A stretch of DNA of 63,804 nt, filler included, from Octopus bimaculoides (taxonomy: Eukaryota), in assembly GCF_001194135.2 (NCBI RefSeq). It is 5 parts of 5 records of this genome, joined end to end, with 100 filler letters (N's around TTAATTAATTAA, not from the genome) between each part and the next. Parts side by side here need not be neighbours in the genome. Positions count along the whole stretch, not along the records: positions 4,772 to 34,349 come from NC_068984.1; positions 34,450 to 46,230 come from NC_068988.1; 3 more parts are not named here. One strand, given 5' to 3'. Below the pieces are notes generated by a model. The model saw nothing but the letters and a program-made list of their open reading frames with translations, ran no database searches and was not told the origin of the DNA. The position numbers and the translations under genes are program-made. Positions 22,690 through 35,526 of the stretch are shown here, piece by piece; the first letter of the stretch is position 1, and the number at the start of each line of letters is the position of its first letter.

Positions 22690-25600
22690 GCTGAAATGAA
22701 TGCTACTGATTGTTTATGAATTCTGCAAAATGCGAGCTTTCTTTTCAGGTACATGACACTGCTGCTTCCTGCCCCAGGGTCTCATGGGCCCATACCTCCC
22801 ACACCCTCAGGGTTGGCACTCTCAACATCGGCACTCTGAAAGGTAGGTCTGGTGAGATTGTTGAGATGCTTGAATGGAGATGTGTTGATACCTGCTGCCG
22901 CCAAGAAGTAAGGTGGAGAGGAGGTTCTGCTAGGTTCCTCACAGGCAAAGAACACAGGTATTCTGGGCAGGAAACTCAGACAGGGTCGGGGGCGTGGGTA
23001 TACTTCTTGCCGAGAAATGGGTGGATAAGGTAATCGAGGTAGTTAGAGTGTGCGATAGAATACTTAAGATTAGATTAGTCCTTCACCATAGGTTAGCAAC
23101 CATTATCTCAGCCTATGCCCCTCAGCCCGGGCTATCCGACGGACAGAAAGACCAATTTTATGACTCCCTCCTGCAGACTACCTCGTCGACGAATGACAGG
23201 GACCTTCTCATTGTGGCTGGTGACTTCAATGGTCATGTTGGACAACAATCACGAGGCTTCTATGGCGTACATGGAGGCTATGGTTTTGGTTCCCGCAACG
23301 AGGAGGAAACCAGGCTGCTGGAGTTCTGTGATGCAAATGACCTTATGGTCTGCAATACTAACTTCAGGAAACCTGCAAGTCACCTAGTCACCAACTGTTC
23401 TGGCGGACACACTAGCCAAATTGACTACATCCTCGCCAGGAAAAGGGAAAGATGGCTGCTTATAAATGCCAAAACCTTCCCAGGCGAAGAATGTATTCCA
23501 CAACATAGACTAGTAGTTAGTGACTTCAGGATCAGGGCTAAGTGGTTGCCCAGAAGACGACCAGCATGGAGGAGAAGGGTCTGGAAGCTCAAAAATCCTG
23601 CGAATGGACAAAGATTTAGAGACTTATTACTGGAAGCTTTTGATGAAATAGAAGGGGATGTAGCTTCACACAATGTAGAAGACAACTGGACATTTCTATG
23701 GGACAACCTGCTGAAGGCCACTGACCAGATCTGTGGATGGTGCAAAGTCCCCTCTCGACCGAAAATAACGTGGTGGTGGATCAATGTTGTTGACAGGGCG
23801 ATTAGGGAAAAGAAACAGGAAGGATTGGAAGAAAGGTGGTAGCAGGGAATTGTATCAGACTTACAGAAGGGAAGCTAGGCGACAGGTTTATTTAGCCAGA
23901 GGGGAAGCAGATAAGAAAAGATTTGCCAATGTTCTGCGCCATGAGGACCAAAACTTGAGGTAATTCATGTTGCAAGACAGTGTGTGAGAGAATCGTGATG
24001 TCGTGGGAGAGAAATGCATTCGCATGGATGATTGTACGCTTGCACTAAACGAGGCTGCAAAGAAAGAGGTTTGGAGACGCCACTATGAAAGATTGCTCAA
24101 TAAAGAGAATGAATGGGAGAAAGAGTCTGCTGAATGTCCACCCAACTGAGGGACCAGCTATCCAAGTTGACAGTACCATAGTAGATAAAGCAATTAAGAG
24201 TATGAAGACAGGGAAGGCCTCCGGCCCATCAGGAATCACTACAGAGATGCTCAAAATATCTGGCAGTGTCGGCTATAGCCTAGTCACCCATGTTGTTAAC
24301 CAGGTGATACACGAAGGAGTCATACCCAATGACTGGTGTAGCAGCACCATAGTCAACTGCTACAAAGGTAAAGGTGATGCTTTAGATACAAATAATTACA
24401 GAAGTATCAAGGTATTAGATCAGGTAATGAAAGTCACGGAGAGGGTCATAGCCCAACTACTTAGAGAGCGGGTCAGTTTAGATGAGATGCAGTTTGGGTT
24501 CGTGCCTGGGAAANNNNNNNNNNAAGACAGGATGCCTCTTTGCTGAGTCACTATCAGAACTAGAGGAGAAGTTTCAGGTGTGGAAGCAAGGACTAGAATT
24601 GAAGGGCCTTAGAATCAACCTAGCTAAAACCAAAGTCCTAATAAGTAGGAAGGTAGAAAAATCACAAACACCTTCAGGTAGATGGCCCTGCTCAATCTGT
24701 AGAAAAGGCATAGGTAGAAACTCTATAAGATGCACCCAGTGCAAGCTATGGACACATAAGAGGTGCAGCAATATCAAAGGAAGGTTAACTAGGAAGTTAG
24801 TTTTTGTATGTAGCAGATGTTCAGGAGCTATAAACACTGTAAATGTGCAGAAAACAACTTCTCTCACATTCCAGGGAGAAAAACTAGAAGTGGTTGTTAG
24901 CTTCCGCTATCTAGGTGACCAAGTTAATAGTGGGGGAGGGTGTGCTGAAAGTGTAGCTGCTAGAATAAGAATAGCCTGGACAAAGTTCAGAGAGCTCTTA
25001 CCTCTGCAGGTAACAAAGGGTCTCTCTCTCAGAGTAAAAGGCAGACTGTATGACGCATGTGTACGAACTGCCATGCTTCATGGCAGTGAAACATGGGCCG
25101 TGACTGCTGAAGACATGCGTAGGCTCACAAGGAATGAAGCCAGTATGCTCCGATGGATGTGTAATGTCAGTATGCATACTAGACAGAGTATAAGTACCTT
25201 GAGAGAAAAGTTGAACCTAAGAAGCATCAGTTGTGGTGTTCAAGAGAGATGATTGCGTTGGTATGGTCATGTGGCGAGAATGGACGAGGATAGCTGTGTG
25301 AAAAAGTGCCACACCCTAGCAGTTGAGGGAACCTGTGGAANNNNNNNNNNNNNNNNNNNNNNNNNNNNNNNNNNNNNNNNNNNNNNNNNNNNNNNNNNNN
25401 NNNNNNNNNNNNNNNNNNNNNNNNNNNNNNNNNNNNNNNNNNNNNNNNNNNNNNNNNNNNNNNNNNNNNNNNNNNNNNNNNNNNNNNNNNNNNNNNNNNN
25501 NNNNNNNNNNNNNNNNNNNNNNNNNNNNNNNNNNNNNNNNNNNNNNNNNNNNNNNNNNNNNNNNNNNNNNNNNNNNNNNNNNNNNNNNNNNNNNNNNNNN

Positions 25601-26275
25601 NNNNNNNNNNNNNNNNNNNNNNNNNNNNNNNNNNNNNNNNNNNNNNNNNNNNNNNNNNNNNNNNNNNNNNNNNNNNNNNNNNNNNNNNNNNNNNNNNNNN
25701 NNNNNNNNNNNNNNNNNNNNNNNNNNNNNNNNNNNNNNNNNNNNNNNNNNNNNNNNNNNNNNNNNNNNNNNNNNNNNNNNNNNNNNNNNNNNNNNNNNNN
25801 NNNNNNNNNNNNNNNNNNNNNNNNNNNNNNNNNNNNNNNNNNNNNNNNNNNNNNNNNNNNNNNNNNNNNNNNNNNNNNNNNNNNNNNNNNNNNNNNNNNN
25901 NNNNNNNNNNNNNNNNNNNNNNNNNNNNNNNNNNNNNNNNNNNNTCTGGCACTTGTGCCCATGGCATGTGTAAGGACTTTCGAGCGAGATCGTTGCCAGT
26001 GCCGCCAAACTGGCTCCTGTGCATGTGGCACATAAAATACACCATTTTGAGCGTGGCCGTTGCCAGTACCTACTGACTGGCCTTCGTGCCAGTGGCACGT
26101 AAAAGCACCCACTACACTCTCGGAGTGGTTGACGTTAGGAAGGGCATCCAGCTGTAGAAACTCTGCCAAATCAGATTGGAGCCTGGTGTAGCCATCTGGT
26201 TTCACCAGTTCTCAGTCAAACCATCCAACCCATGCTAGTATGGAAAGCGGACGTTAAACGACGACGATGATGATG
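22690..26275 (+). mobile_element. Near full-length RTE-clade LINE copy 3 (APE endonuclease + RT, frameshifted; two internal gaps)
   Basis: GTLNIGTLKGRS, AGDFNGHVG, SQIDYIL, PQHRLVVSDF (APE); KMKTGKASGPSG, NYRSIKVL, QFGFVPGK, RYLGDQV, WYGHVARM (RT); (GAT)n tail at ~26270. Confidence 0.95.
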
Positions 26276-26399
26276 ATCTCTTCTGGTTGCACAGGGAAAA
26301 TAAAAGGAAAACTGATATATGCAACTTTATTGTATTTATCTCATACAATAAAGTTAATTTTATTGTAGTACATCCCTTACTTTCAATAAATACATTCAC

Positions 26400-27130
26400 C
26401 ATGTATTAAGTTATTTTATGTTGAGGTATTGAGATAACAACTTCATGCCTAGATTACAGATTTTTATGAAGGATCTTTTATAGTAAAGGGTGTACATGTT
26501 TAATACAACTTGCCTATATTGATGAATGTGTATACTACTACACTTCATTGCACTAATGAGTTGGTTTGCATGGTGGAACATCTGCTTTAACAGTTGAAAA
26601 CTTTTCCTATTGCTCATCACTGAACCATAGTCAGATCCTGTCAAACTGTCCGGCATGTATAGCACAGAAAATAGATATAAAATTATGTAGGAGATTATGA
26701 TGATGTGACTATTCTACCTGTTTTATGTTCAAAATAGTCAGATCTGACCTCTCACACATATCCTACAAAGACATTCTGAAAATAAACAATCACACCAACA
26801 AAATCTCAAAGTTACATGAAAATCTCAATAGCATAATTAATTCAAAACAAAGTAATCTGAATGCTAAAATGTTAAGGATCAACAGGAATCTCACAAAACA
26901 ACTTGTAAATTTTATAATGATGGCCACTACTTCAGTAATAGAATACAGTTTTGCTATGTTAAGCTGACTGTTAGCTACTCAAGTTCATATTTATCGCTGC
27001 TTTCAGCAGCATTAAGCAAATGAGAGAAATATCTTCCATATATAGCTTTGACACAAAAGAAATTGAATTCTGCACAGAATCTTTTATTAATTCAACAACA
27101 TTGCTGCTATTTACAGTAGGGAATTATACA
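26400..27130 (-). pseudogene. Decayed I-clade-like LINE RT fragment
   Basis: SKLYMEDISLIC (LYVDD-like) and SDYGSVMSNRKSFQLLKQMFHH..KLLSQY resemble I/Nimb RT C-terminal motifs. Confidence 0.5.
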
Positions 27131-27412
27131 TGCTTGGAGTGGTCAGATGAGAGGAAGCTGAAAGTGAGGTAATAAACTCTCAGCCTATCTAGCAAGAAGC
27201 TATTGTTTAAAAACCAGTATACATGGGGTGAGGGATGAAGTCACTCACTCATACACAATTACATGATGAAAGTCATTTAACCATTATACATACTCACACA
27301 TATACAGACACATTATAAGGTCAATAATATTTAGAGCATGTAGAATCAGCAAGTTGTGAAAATTATGAAATTCCTATTCTGCATTCACATACATGCACTT
27401 ACTGACATATGC

Positions 27413-27451
<39 letters not shown>

Positions 27452-27561
27452 CACATGTATGTATGTATATGTGTGTATGTATGTATATATATATATATAT
27501 ATNNNNNNNNNNTATATATATATATATATAAATCTCTCCAAGTAGAATGGCGAAAAGTGTT

Positions 27562-27701
27562 TTAGTCATCTTCTTCACTTCCAGACGAATCCAAATAATT
27601 CAACAGTTGTGTCATTCTGTATTCACCATTCTTTTCCTTGACATCTGTTTCTTTTTTATGGTTTTTGCCTTTAGATGGTTTGCTTTCTGTTGTAAAGTAT
27701 C
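27562..27701 (-). CDS. RBBP8: CtIP/RBBP8 terminal coding exon
   Basis: Acceptor ggctttag, phase 1 matching the previous exon; (G)YFTTESKPSK...QLLNYLDSSGSEEDD*; GY follows ..CEKR as in human CMERGY. Confidence 0.75.
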
Positions 27702-28189
27702 CTAAAGCCACAAAAAGCAAAATCATATATATTTGTAATTAGGGTTACAACAATATTTTATAAACATATGTTTAACCTCACTGTCAAACTTGGCAGTGGA
27801 TTAAACCACAAAGATCTCAGTAACCGGGAAGAAATGTCTGTCAAGTTTCATTTTCATTAAAGTCTCATCTGGGTTCACTTCTTTTCTCTCAATTGCTGTG
27901 AAAGAATGCAATAATAGGACAAACTTAAACACATCCATAGAGTGTAGTGTTAGGTCAGACCTAGTTACATATGAAATTGACCCTGTAAATGGGACACCAA
28001 CACAGTGTATAGTTTCAGCAAGCTATGTGTTGGCATCCATATTTTCTCAGTATTATGCTTCTAGACATGCTATCCACTGTGCTTCAGGACAGGTACAATG
28101 ACTTTGCCAGAAGTTATTGCACAGAAAGTAGGATTTTCAACTGGAGAGGATTCTGGGTTGAATCTAAGCTAAAGCTATGAGTTCTGGCT

Positions 28190-29190
28190 TGTGAATGACT
28201 GTGCTCTCATCACAGGTTCAGAGCCTGAAATGCAACAATTGATGTTTAGGTTCTGCTGGTAACTTCAATTTTACCACGAGCACAAAGAAAACTCAAGTCC
28301 TTTACTAATCAGTCTCTCACTAAGAGTGTGTGACACCTGCAATCACAGTCAAGGATTAGACTCTAATGGTAGTTGACATGTTCGCACACTTTGACAGCAC
28401 TCTCTCAAGAAACGGTAACATCAATGACAAAGTTTATGCCAAAGCCAGCAACACCTTTGATAGACTTTTACAAAAACATCTGAAAGGAACAATCTCAATC
28501 TCCAAACAAAGTCAAAAGTCCACAGAGCCATTGTCTGCCAACTTGGTGTATATTAGTGAGATGTAAATAAGTTACAGCAGACTCACCAAAAATTTCAAGA
28601 AGTTCCAGCTGCACATGTATTGATAAGACAAGGTTATAAACACTGAGCTTCTCAATTGCATACTATTGTTAAGCATCTACACTTTTCTACAGATCCCAAT
28701 CATGCTGGTCTGATCACCTTGCCAGAATGGATAAGGAACAGCTTCTGAAATAACTTTTCTACAACTAATTGAGTGGAAGAATGATTGGCTGATGAACAGT
28801 ACAAACACAGTAAGGACACTCAACTTCTTATGAGATTTCAGCACCAATCCAACATCATGAAAAAGCTTTACAGTTGAGCTAGCTGACACAGCCTTATTAG
28901 GAAAGGTATCATTACATCTGAGCAAAACCAGGATGGGACACGCTGTACTGAAGAGGAAGCTATGCAAGTAGAGCTTGAAGAGGAAGTTATTCAGGGAGCT
29001 TGAAGAGGGAGCTATTCAGCATAATGAATACATAATTTTCATCACATCTGCTCAGCATGCAACAAAATGTTTTATGTCCACACTAGACTTGTCAGCAACT
29101 CTTAAACACATCATCCGAGTCCTCAAACAAAGAATGATGTCATGGAAGGAGGTATTCATTCACAGTGCAGACGAAAGTAAGTGAATAACT
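28190..29190 (+). mobile_element. Decayed RTE-BovB-like LINE 3' portion (intronic)
   Basis: NDCAL..SEPEMQQL; STLSRNGNINDKVYAKASNTFDRL; HLARMDKEQLLK*LFY. Confidence 0.7.
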
Positions 29191-29659
29191 AATGACACTT
29201 AAGACAAAACAAAACTAGTTGATTCAATTTTCCATTTTGATTGCTGATATAACTAGTTTAACTAGGAGGTTCATTGTTGGCAGACATTTCATTTTGGTTG
29301 CTAATAGTACTGAGGTTTAACTACAGGATTTACCATTACAGAAAGGTTAAATATAAACTTACTAAAAATATGTTTGTAACTACTTATAAATTTTAATCTC
29401 AAATAAGCTATTTAATACAGAGATACATTTTTATCAGTTTTCATTAGCAAAAGTCACAAAAGGTACTGCAAGACATGCTAACAATTCCATCTAGAGGAGT
29501 TGACTGTACTAGTAAGGATATAAGACATGGAAGGTTCTGTATGCTATCTGTGGAGAATACCTACAGCAGAAGGTCAAACCTCAGGAGAAAGACCTCAAAG
29601 GAAAGATGACAAAAGACTGATACACCAATATGAAATATGATCACAAAGACAATGACAGT

Positions 29660-30400
29660 ATTAATGACAACAATAACAGACTAATCTGAGCATTGTATGC
29701 ATCAACATAAAAAAAGGCCTATGACATGATGTCTCACTCTTGGATTGCGATGTTACTCAGAATACTTAGCAAACCTCATCAACATCTTGGATGTTACTAT
29801 GACAAACTGCAAAACAAACTTTATAGTGAACATGAAATCAGTGGGAAGTGTTGTCATTAAAAGTGATATCTTACAGGGTGACATTTTCTTACTCTTGTTA
29901 TTTATGTTAATACCTATCTCAGCGAAACTTAGTAAAGTCAGCATGAGCTATAAACATTGGAGAAATGAACCCCCCTCTAAATCATCTGTTATTCATGGAT
30001 GACTTGAAGATATTTGCAAAGTTAAAAGAAGGTAATTCATTTGTTAAAACAATAAAGTTGTGCTGCAGTGATACTGGAATGGAATTTAACAATGAAGAGA
30101 CAGAACAGAGTTCTTTTAATGGATAGATTTTAGAACCCAATGACAACGGATACAAGTATCAAGATAAACTGAAATTCTATGACATTACGCATAAAGAAAT
30201 CAAAGGAAAAGTGAAAATAATATGCTTGAAAAGATTAAAGCTTTTAATGAAGTTCAAATTTAATTCAAAGAGGATGATAAATGCAATCAACAAGTGGGTA
30301 GTTGCTATTATGCATTATAGTGCTGGAATAGTAGAGTAGAAAAAAATTAAACAGAAGTATTAGACAGAAAAGCCCTAACTATGTATGGAGCACTTCATAC
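29660..30400 (+). mobile_element. Decayed R4/Dong-like LINE RT fragment (intronic)
   Basis: KKAYDMMSHSWI; ILQGDIF; LLFMDDLKIFAK; FNSKRMINAINKWVVAIMHYSAGIVE. Confidence 0.7.
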
Positions 30401-30655
30401 CTGAAATGAAAGATTTTAATAGCATTTCTGATTGTATGAATAGAGGATGGAGGTTAGTAAATCGCTATGTTAAGATCTAATTGCAGTTAAATATCTGGGG
30501 AGAATTCTACCATGTGCTACAGTATTGCCAGAAATGTGTCACAAATCAAACAAAACACCCAATCTTTCAGTGATATAACAATTTATAATGGTAAGTAAAC
30601 AAACAACAGGGAATAATTTGGTTTTGGGTAAGTGGGAAATATAAAGTTTTGTTAC

Positions 30656-30803
30656 CTCTTTTTTCACATTCTTCTGTATCAGGAAATCCAACAGACCAAA
30701 AATGTTCTGGTGTGTTGGGAGGTTTGTATTTTGCTCTGTGCTTTGAACAATCTCCAATCTGTTTGCTAATTTCCTCATCAGAGAGACCTTTTGTTTTGTA
30801 ATA
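30656..30803 (-). CDS. RBBP8: CtIP/RBBP8 exon, Sae2/CtIP C-terminal domain
   Basis: tttcag|YYKTKGLSDEEISKQIGDCSKHRAKYKPPNTPEHFWSVGFPDTEECEKR G|gtaac; matches human [32 protein letters not shown]; 148 nt, phase 0 to 1. Confidence 0.95.
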
Positions 30804-32169
30804 CTGAAACCAGAGAAAATTTTAATAATGGAAGAAAGAAGCGGAGAGAGCATGTAAATGTGAGAGAGAGCGATAACATGTCTATTACAGAGGTTTATTT
30901 ATCAGAGGGATTATGTCCCCACATGTAAAGACACATCTTCACATACACATTCTCGAATAAAAACATCACTAGTGTAGTCATGTATGTTCAAACACACAAT
31001 TTTGTATCTTATGAAGGAGACGACAAAGGACTGTGACAATTAGCAACATGCTGTGTGAGATAAGTTCCAACCATCTGTGAAAGTATGACAAAATGTGATA
31101 AAATTTAGGTAATAATGGAAGCTGGAATATGTAAAATATTTCTACACCTGGGCCTTTGCCTATTTTGTACCTATGTCTCTATTTTTTGTTCTCTTGCCTT
31201 TTCATTACACCCTTATTTATTGCCCCGCCTGTTCACTATATTATGCCACCCATGTAATGAGAGAAACATTGAGATCTATTTACATGTAATTCCCAACTTA
31301 TCACCATTTAACTTACTGAGTGAAAAAGTAATTGCATTGAATCTGTCAGCATCCATTACATTCCCTTAATGACATAACTTTCTTCTAGCACTATCCTGAC
31401 TATTTGTTACTTGTACTCTCCCACACCAGCAAATATCGCCCCGCTGATACCTGTAGCTGCTACCCCACCTCCCTAAGGTCACTCATTGACATCAATTACA
31501 TCCTCTTACCACCAAGCATTTTCATACTTCTTACTCTATCTCACTGCCCTCTGTCATCAATGTCTCTCCCATTTCCCTATCATCTACATTGTTTTCTTAA
31601 TCACTTGTGTCTTCCTTCACAGCTTTTCTCAATTTCACCTAAGTCCATCTTCTGCTTTCACTTCCATATGGTCACCTCAACTACCGTTTCTCTCTTCACA
31701 CTCAGGTACCCCTTTCTCTATCTCACTTTTGCAAATGCTTTCTATTCTATCCACTATATTAACGACATTTGGAACACATGGTGTCAATATTGAGCTGTGA
31801 ATATTTGTCTTGCACAGTACAAAGCAACTTGTGCCAATATCAATGTAGTTGCAGAACAAGTGGAGAAAACATAGGGTTAACAGACCCCTGTAGTCTTCTT
31901 GAAGGCATGGCGAGCTTACTTGTGCTGGTGCCATGACAAAATTAATCTAATACACTCTGTAAAGTGGTTGGTGATAGAAAGAGCATGTGGTCTGCAAACC
32001 TGTCTAGGAAGGTAGTGACTCCAAGCAAGAACTAATCAGAATGTGACAACTCATCCGACCCATACCAGTATGAAAAGCAAATGTAAAATAATGATGATGA
32101 CACACACAGTCAAGAATTACCAATAGATATTTCAAATGAGAATTTAGTAAAGCTATGTTGTCAACTTAC

Positions 32170-32275
32170 TTCAACACATTCTTGACATGCATATCCATTT
32201 AACAGTCTTCTGTCATGCTTCTTACGAACCACAGTATCATAGGCATAGGGATAGTCTTTCTTCTTCCAAGGACAC
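32170..32275 (-). CDS. RBBP8: CtIP/RBBP8 exon with VVRKK and CxxC motifs
   Basis: tttgtcag|CPWKKKDYPYAYDTVVRKKHDRRLLNGYACQECVE|gtaagt; matches human [20 protein letters not shown]; 106 nt, phase 2 to 0. Confidence 0.95.
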
Positions 32276-32485
32276 CTGACAAAGAAATTGATAGATTTCA
32301 ATTATTTGAATCTGTATTTGACCATAAATCAATAACATAGTTAAAACTGCATCTCAAAGGCCAGCCTTTCACTTCAGGTCACAAACTACTTCAGCCCACA
32401 ACAGCCGCTGACCCTATAAAACACATAAGTACACTCTACTTTCTCATACAGTTAACACTATACTGGTCTCTTTTCACTTAAATAC

Positions 32486-32608
32486 TTCGACTTTTTCAAA
32501 GAAAATACTGAAGTCTGCTTCATATTTTTAAGACACCAAAGGTAAGCTGGTTGGGCTTGATGCTTGCTGCAAAGCCGAAAGAATTGTTTGAAATCTTGCC
32601 TAATTGAC
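32486..32608 (-). CDS. RBBP8: Probable upstream CtIP exon (poorly conserved region)
   Basis: tttag|...|gtattt; 123 nt, open in phase 2-2 (SIRQDFKQFFRLCSKHQAQPAYLWCLKNMKQTSVFSLKKS); phase-compatible but no diagnostic motif. Confidence 0.45.
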
Positions 32609-32733
32609 CTAAACGAATAATTAGTCATATTTGTGATGTCATATCTTTGAAACTGAGGTAATAATCATCTTCAAATTACACAAATTAAGTGTTCATGGCA
32701 TAGAAGTTTCCTTTTTTTTTTCATGTTGTTTTT

Positions 32734-33130
32734 GGGCAGGAGTGGCTGTGTGGTAAGTAGCTTGCTTACCGACCACATGGTTCCGGGTTCAGTCCCACTG
32801 CGTGGCACCTTGGGCAAGTGTCTTCTACTATAGCCTCAGGCTGACCAAAGCTTTGTGAGTGGATTTGGTAGACGGAAACTGAAAGAAGCCTGTCGTATAT
32901 ATGTATATGTATATATATATGTGTGTTTGTTCCCCCCCCCCCAACATCGCTTGACAACTGATGCTGGTGTGTTTACGTCCCCGTAACTTAGCGGTTCAGC
33001 AAAAGAGACCAATAGAATAAGTACTAGGCTTACAAAGAATAAGTCCTGGGGTCGATTTGCTCGACTAAAGGCGGTGCTCCAGCATGGCTGCAGTCAAATG
33101 ACTGAAACAAGTAAAAGAGTAAAGAGAGAG
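32734..33130 (+). mobile_element. tRNA-derived SINE, family A (CORE-like CCTTGGGCAAG motif), full length
   Basis: GGCAGGAGTGGCTGTGTGGTAAG head, GGTTCAGTCCC B-box, central (TA)n, AGTAAAAGAG tail. Confidence 0.9.
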
Positions 33131-33988
33131 TAATTTGAAAAAAATATTTATGTAAAGCCTATTTTGTTACATGTAACAAACAATCAATTTCATGGTGTTT
33201 TCAAACTTAGCTAGATCCAAGAGGACTTGAGTTTTGGTACATTTCTAGTAGGTATAGAACTCAATATATCCTGAAATTTTAGGACATGATTACCCTTTCA
33301 ATAAAATTTTAATGGACTATAAAAAATGGCTATAAATGGCAGTTTCAAATCAGGACACCCACATGTTGGATTTTCTGTTCTGATGGGGATTTCCCCTTTT
33401 TTTTTTTCATCACAACCTTGGAAATGATGGGGGAAAACATTTTATGAGAAATATTTTTTTGAAATCTATATTTTTTCCATCCCACTCTGACTGATTTTGG
33501 CCAATTAAAAATTTTTTTTTTACACTACACACTTAAAAAGAAGCCTTTTTTGGTAAAAAAAAAAAAAAAGAAAAACCAAATTAAAATGAGCATTTTCAAG
33601 CAAAAAGGTGTGCTTAAGGGAGATTCAGCTGTTCTTTGTAGCACATTCCACAACTACCTGGCACCTTTCTCAGAATTATATGTAGACCTAGATTAAATAA
33701 CAAACAAAAATTTGAAAACTAATGCCTTGCTTTAGCATTAAAAGCATAAATTAAAGGCATCAAAACCATTTGTAACTCACAGCAAACTCAGTAGGAGAGA
33801 AAAAAAACACAAAACAAATATATAAACACTACCACAAATTATCTGACTGCATTCAAAATTGGAAAGAGAAAAAAAAAACCCATCACATCAAACTTTAATA
33901 GTCTACAAAATAAAATGCACTGTACAATATAATTTTTATTGGTGAAATTTGCCTAATATTTCTCAAAGAAAAACAAAATTTACATGTA

Positions 33989-34150
33989 GGCGTAGGAGTG
34001 GCTGTGTGGTAAGTAGTTTGCTTACCAACCACATGGTCCCAGGTTCAGTCCCACTGCGTGGCATCTTGGGCAAATGTCTTCTACTATAGCCTCGGGCCGA
34101 CCAAAGCCTTGTAAGTGGATTTGGTAGACGGAAACTGAAAGAAGCCCGTC

Positions 34151-34180
<30 letters not shown>
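33989..34180 (+). mobile_element. SINE family A, 5' half
   Basis: Same head and body as 32734, ending in (TA)n. Confidence 0.9.
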
Positions 34181-34181
<1 letters not shown>

Positions 34182-34182
<1 letters not shown>

Positions 34183-34272
34183 TAGCAGAAATACCCGGCG
34201 TTGCCCGGGTTAAAGAGAATAATGAAATCTACAAACGCCGTCTAGACTATGCATCATCTTTATATAGAGAGA
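34182..34272 (-). mobile_element. 91-bp mini-Helitron
   Basis: Minus strand A|TCTCTCTATATAAAG ... CCCGG-GCAACG-CCGGG hairpin ... CTAG|T; inserted at an AT dinucleotide in the SINE (TA)n. Confidence 0.85.
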
Positions 34273-34913
34273 TGTATATACACACACGCACCCAAACACA
34301 CATATATATATGTATATCAATATAAATATATGAAAGTCAATGAAGTTTCNNNNNNNNNNNNNNNNNNNNNNNNNNNNNNNNNNNNNNNNNNNNTTAATTA
34401 ATTAANNNNNNNNNNNNNNNNNNNNNNNNNNNNNNNNNNNNNNNNNNNNACACACACACACACACACATACACATATATATATAATTAATTATATGTATT
34501 TATTCTATCCTAATAAATAATAATTCGGATAGAATGAATGGGTTAATAGAAACCAAGGTAGCAAAGATCACAAAATAAATGTGGTGTAATTCCTGTTGGT
34601 GAGGCAGAAACTCCTTTATATTTTGGGTATTTGAGTATATTTAAAAATTATATGTATATTTGAATTAAAGAAGGGTAAAAATACCGCTTGCCAAAGATGA
34701 AAGCAAAAGCCTTAAAAACCACCAATCCTATGATAAATACACACACGAGGCATGCAATGAATATTTTAAAAAATAGGCCTACCTTCAGGATGGAATTTGA
34801 AGGTAGTTTACATACCCCAATACCAATTGAATTCATGCTGTGCATGAGAAAACATACCTTGCAATCATCACTTGGAGACTGTATTTAACATCTATTTCTA
34901 AAATATTCATTAT

Positions 34914-35280
34914 AGGCTGTGTGGTAAGTAGCTTGCTTACTAACCCCATGGTTCCGGGTTCAGTCCTACTGCGTGGCACCTTGGGCAAGTGTCTTCTACT
35001 ATAGCCTTGTGAGTGGATTTGGTAGACGGAAACTGAAAGAAGCCCGTCGTATATATGTATATGTATATATATGTGTGTGTTTGTGTGTCTGTGTTTGCCC
35101 CCCACCCCCACCCCCCAACATCGCTTGACAATCGATGCTGGTGTGTTTATGTCTCCGTAACTTAGCGGTTCGACAAAAAGAGACCGATAGAATAAGTACT
35201 AGGCATTCAAAGAATAAGTCCTGGGGTCGATGATTTGCTCGACTAAAGGCGGTGCTCCAGCATGGCCGCAGTCAAATGAG
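34914..35280 (+). mobile_element. SINE family A, tail cut by the Gypsy LTR
   Basis: Homologous to 32734-33130 up to GTCAAATGA, then replaced by LTR sequence. Confidence 0.9.
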
Positions 35281-35526
35281 TATTACGTCAACTCGTGTGC
35301 GTTTCTAATGTAAAACGCCCTGCTCTGTTTAAAGAGAAAACTATCGTAAACAATAAAAAAGTAAATGTATGAAGCATTATTACTAGGCAGTACACTCATC
35401 CATGCAATATACTTCAAAGTACGATCTGCAATAAAAGCAGTAAGATAGCAAGAGTTAACCATGGGCAATGAAACATCTAATCAGGACAAACTTTAAATAC
35501 AAACACAAATCATGCTATTTATGACA
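35281..35526 (-). repeat. Gypsy 3' LTR (~246 bp) preceded by polypurine tract
   Basis: Minus strand TAGGAGGAGTGAA|TGTCATAAATAG ... GACGTAATA; no matching 5' LTR found. Confidence 0.65.

Noticed and set aside
25227-26205. Long ORFs here and at 39933-40603, 46891-48438, 61128-61919
   Set aside because: They are open only because they cross N-gaps or microsatellites.
30539-30853. 104-aa ORF from the track as a gene
   Set aside because: Wrong frame; the overlapping frame is the CtIP exon.
32452-32540. Plus-strand exon-like segment ending at donor AAG|GTAAGC
   Set aside because: Stops in all three frames and antisense to the CtIP intron/exon region.
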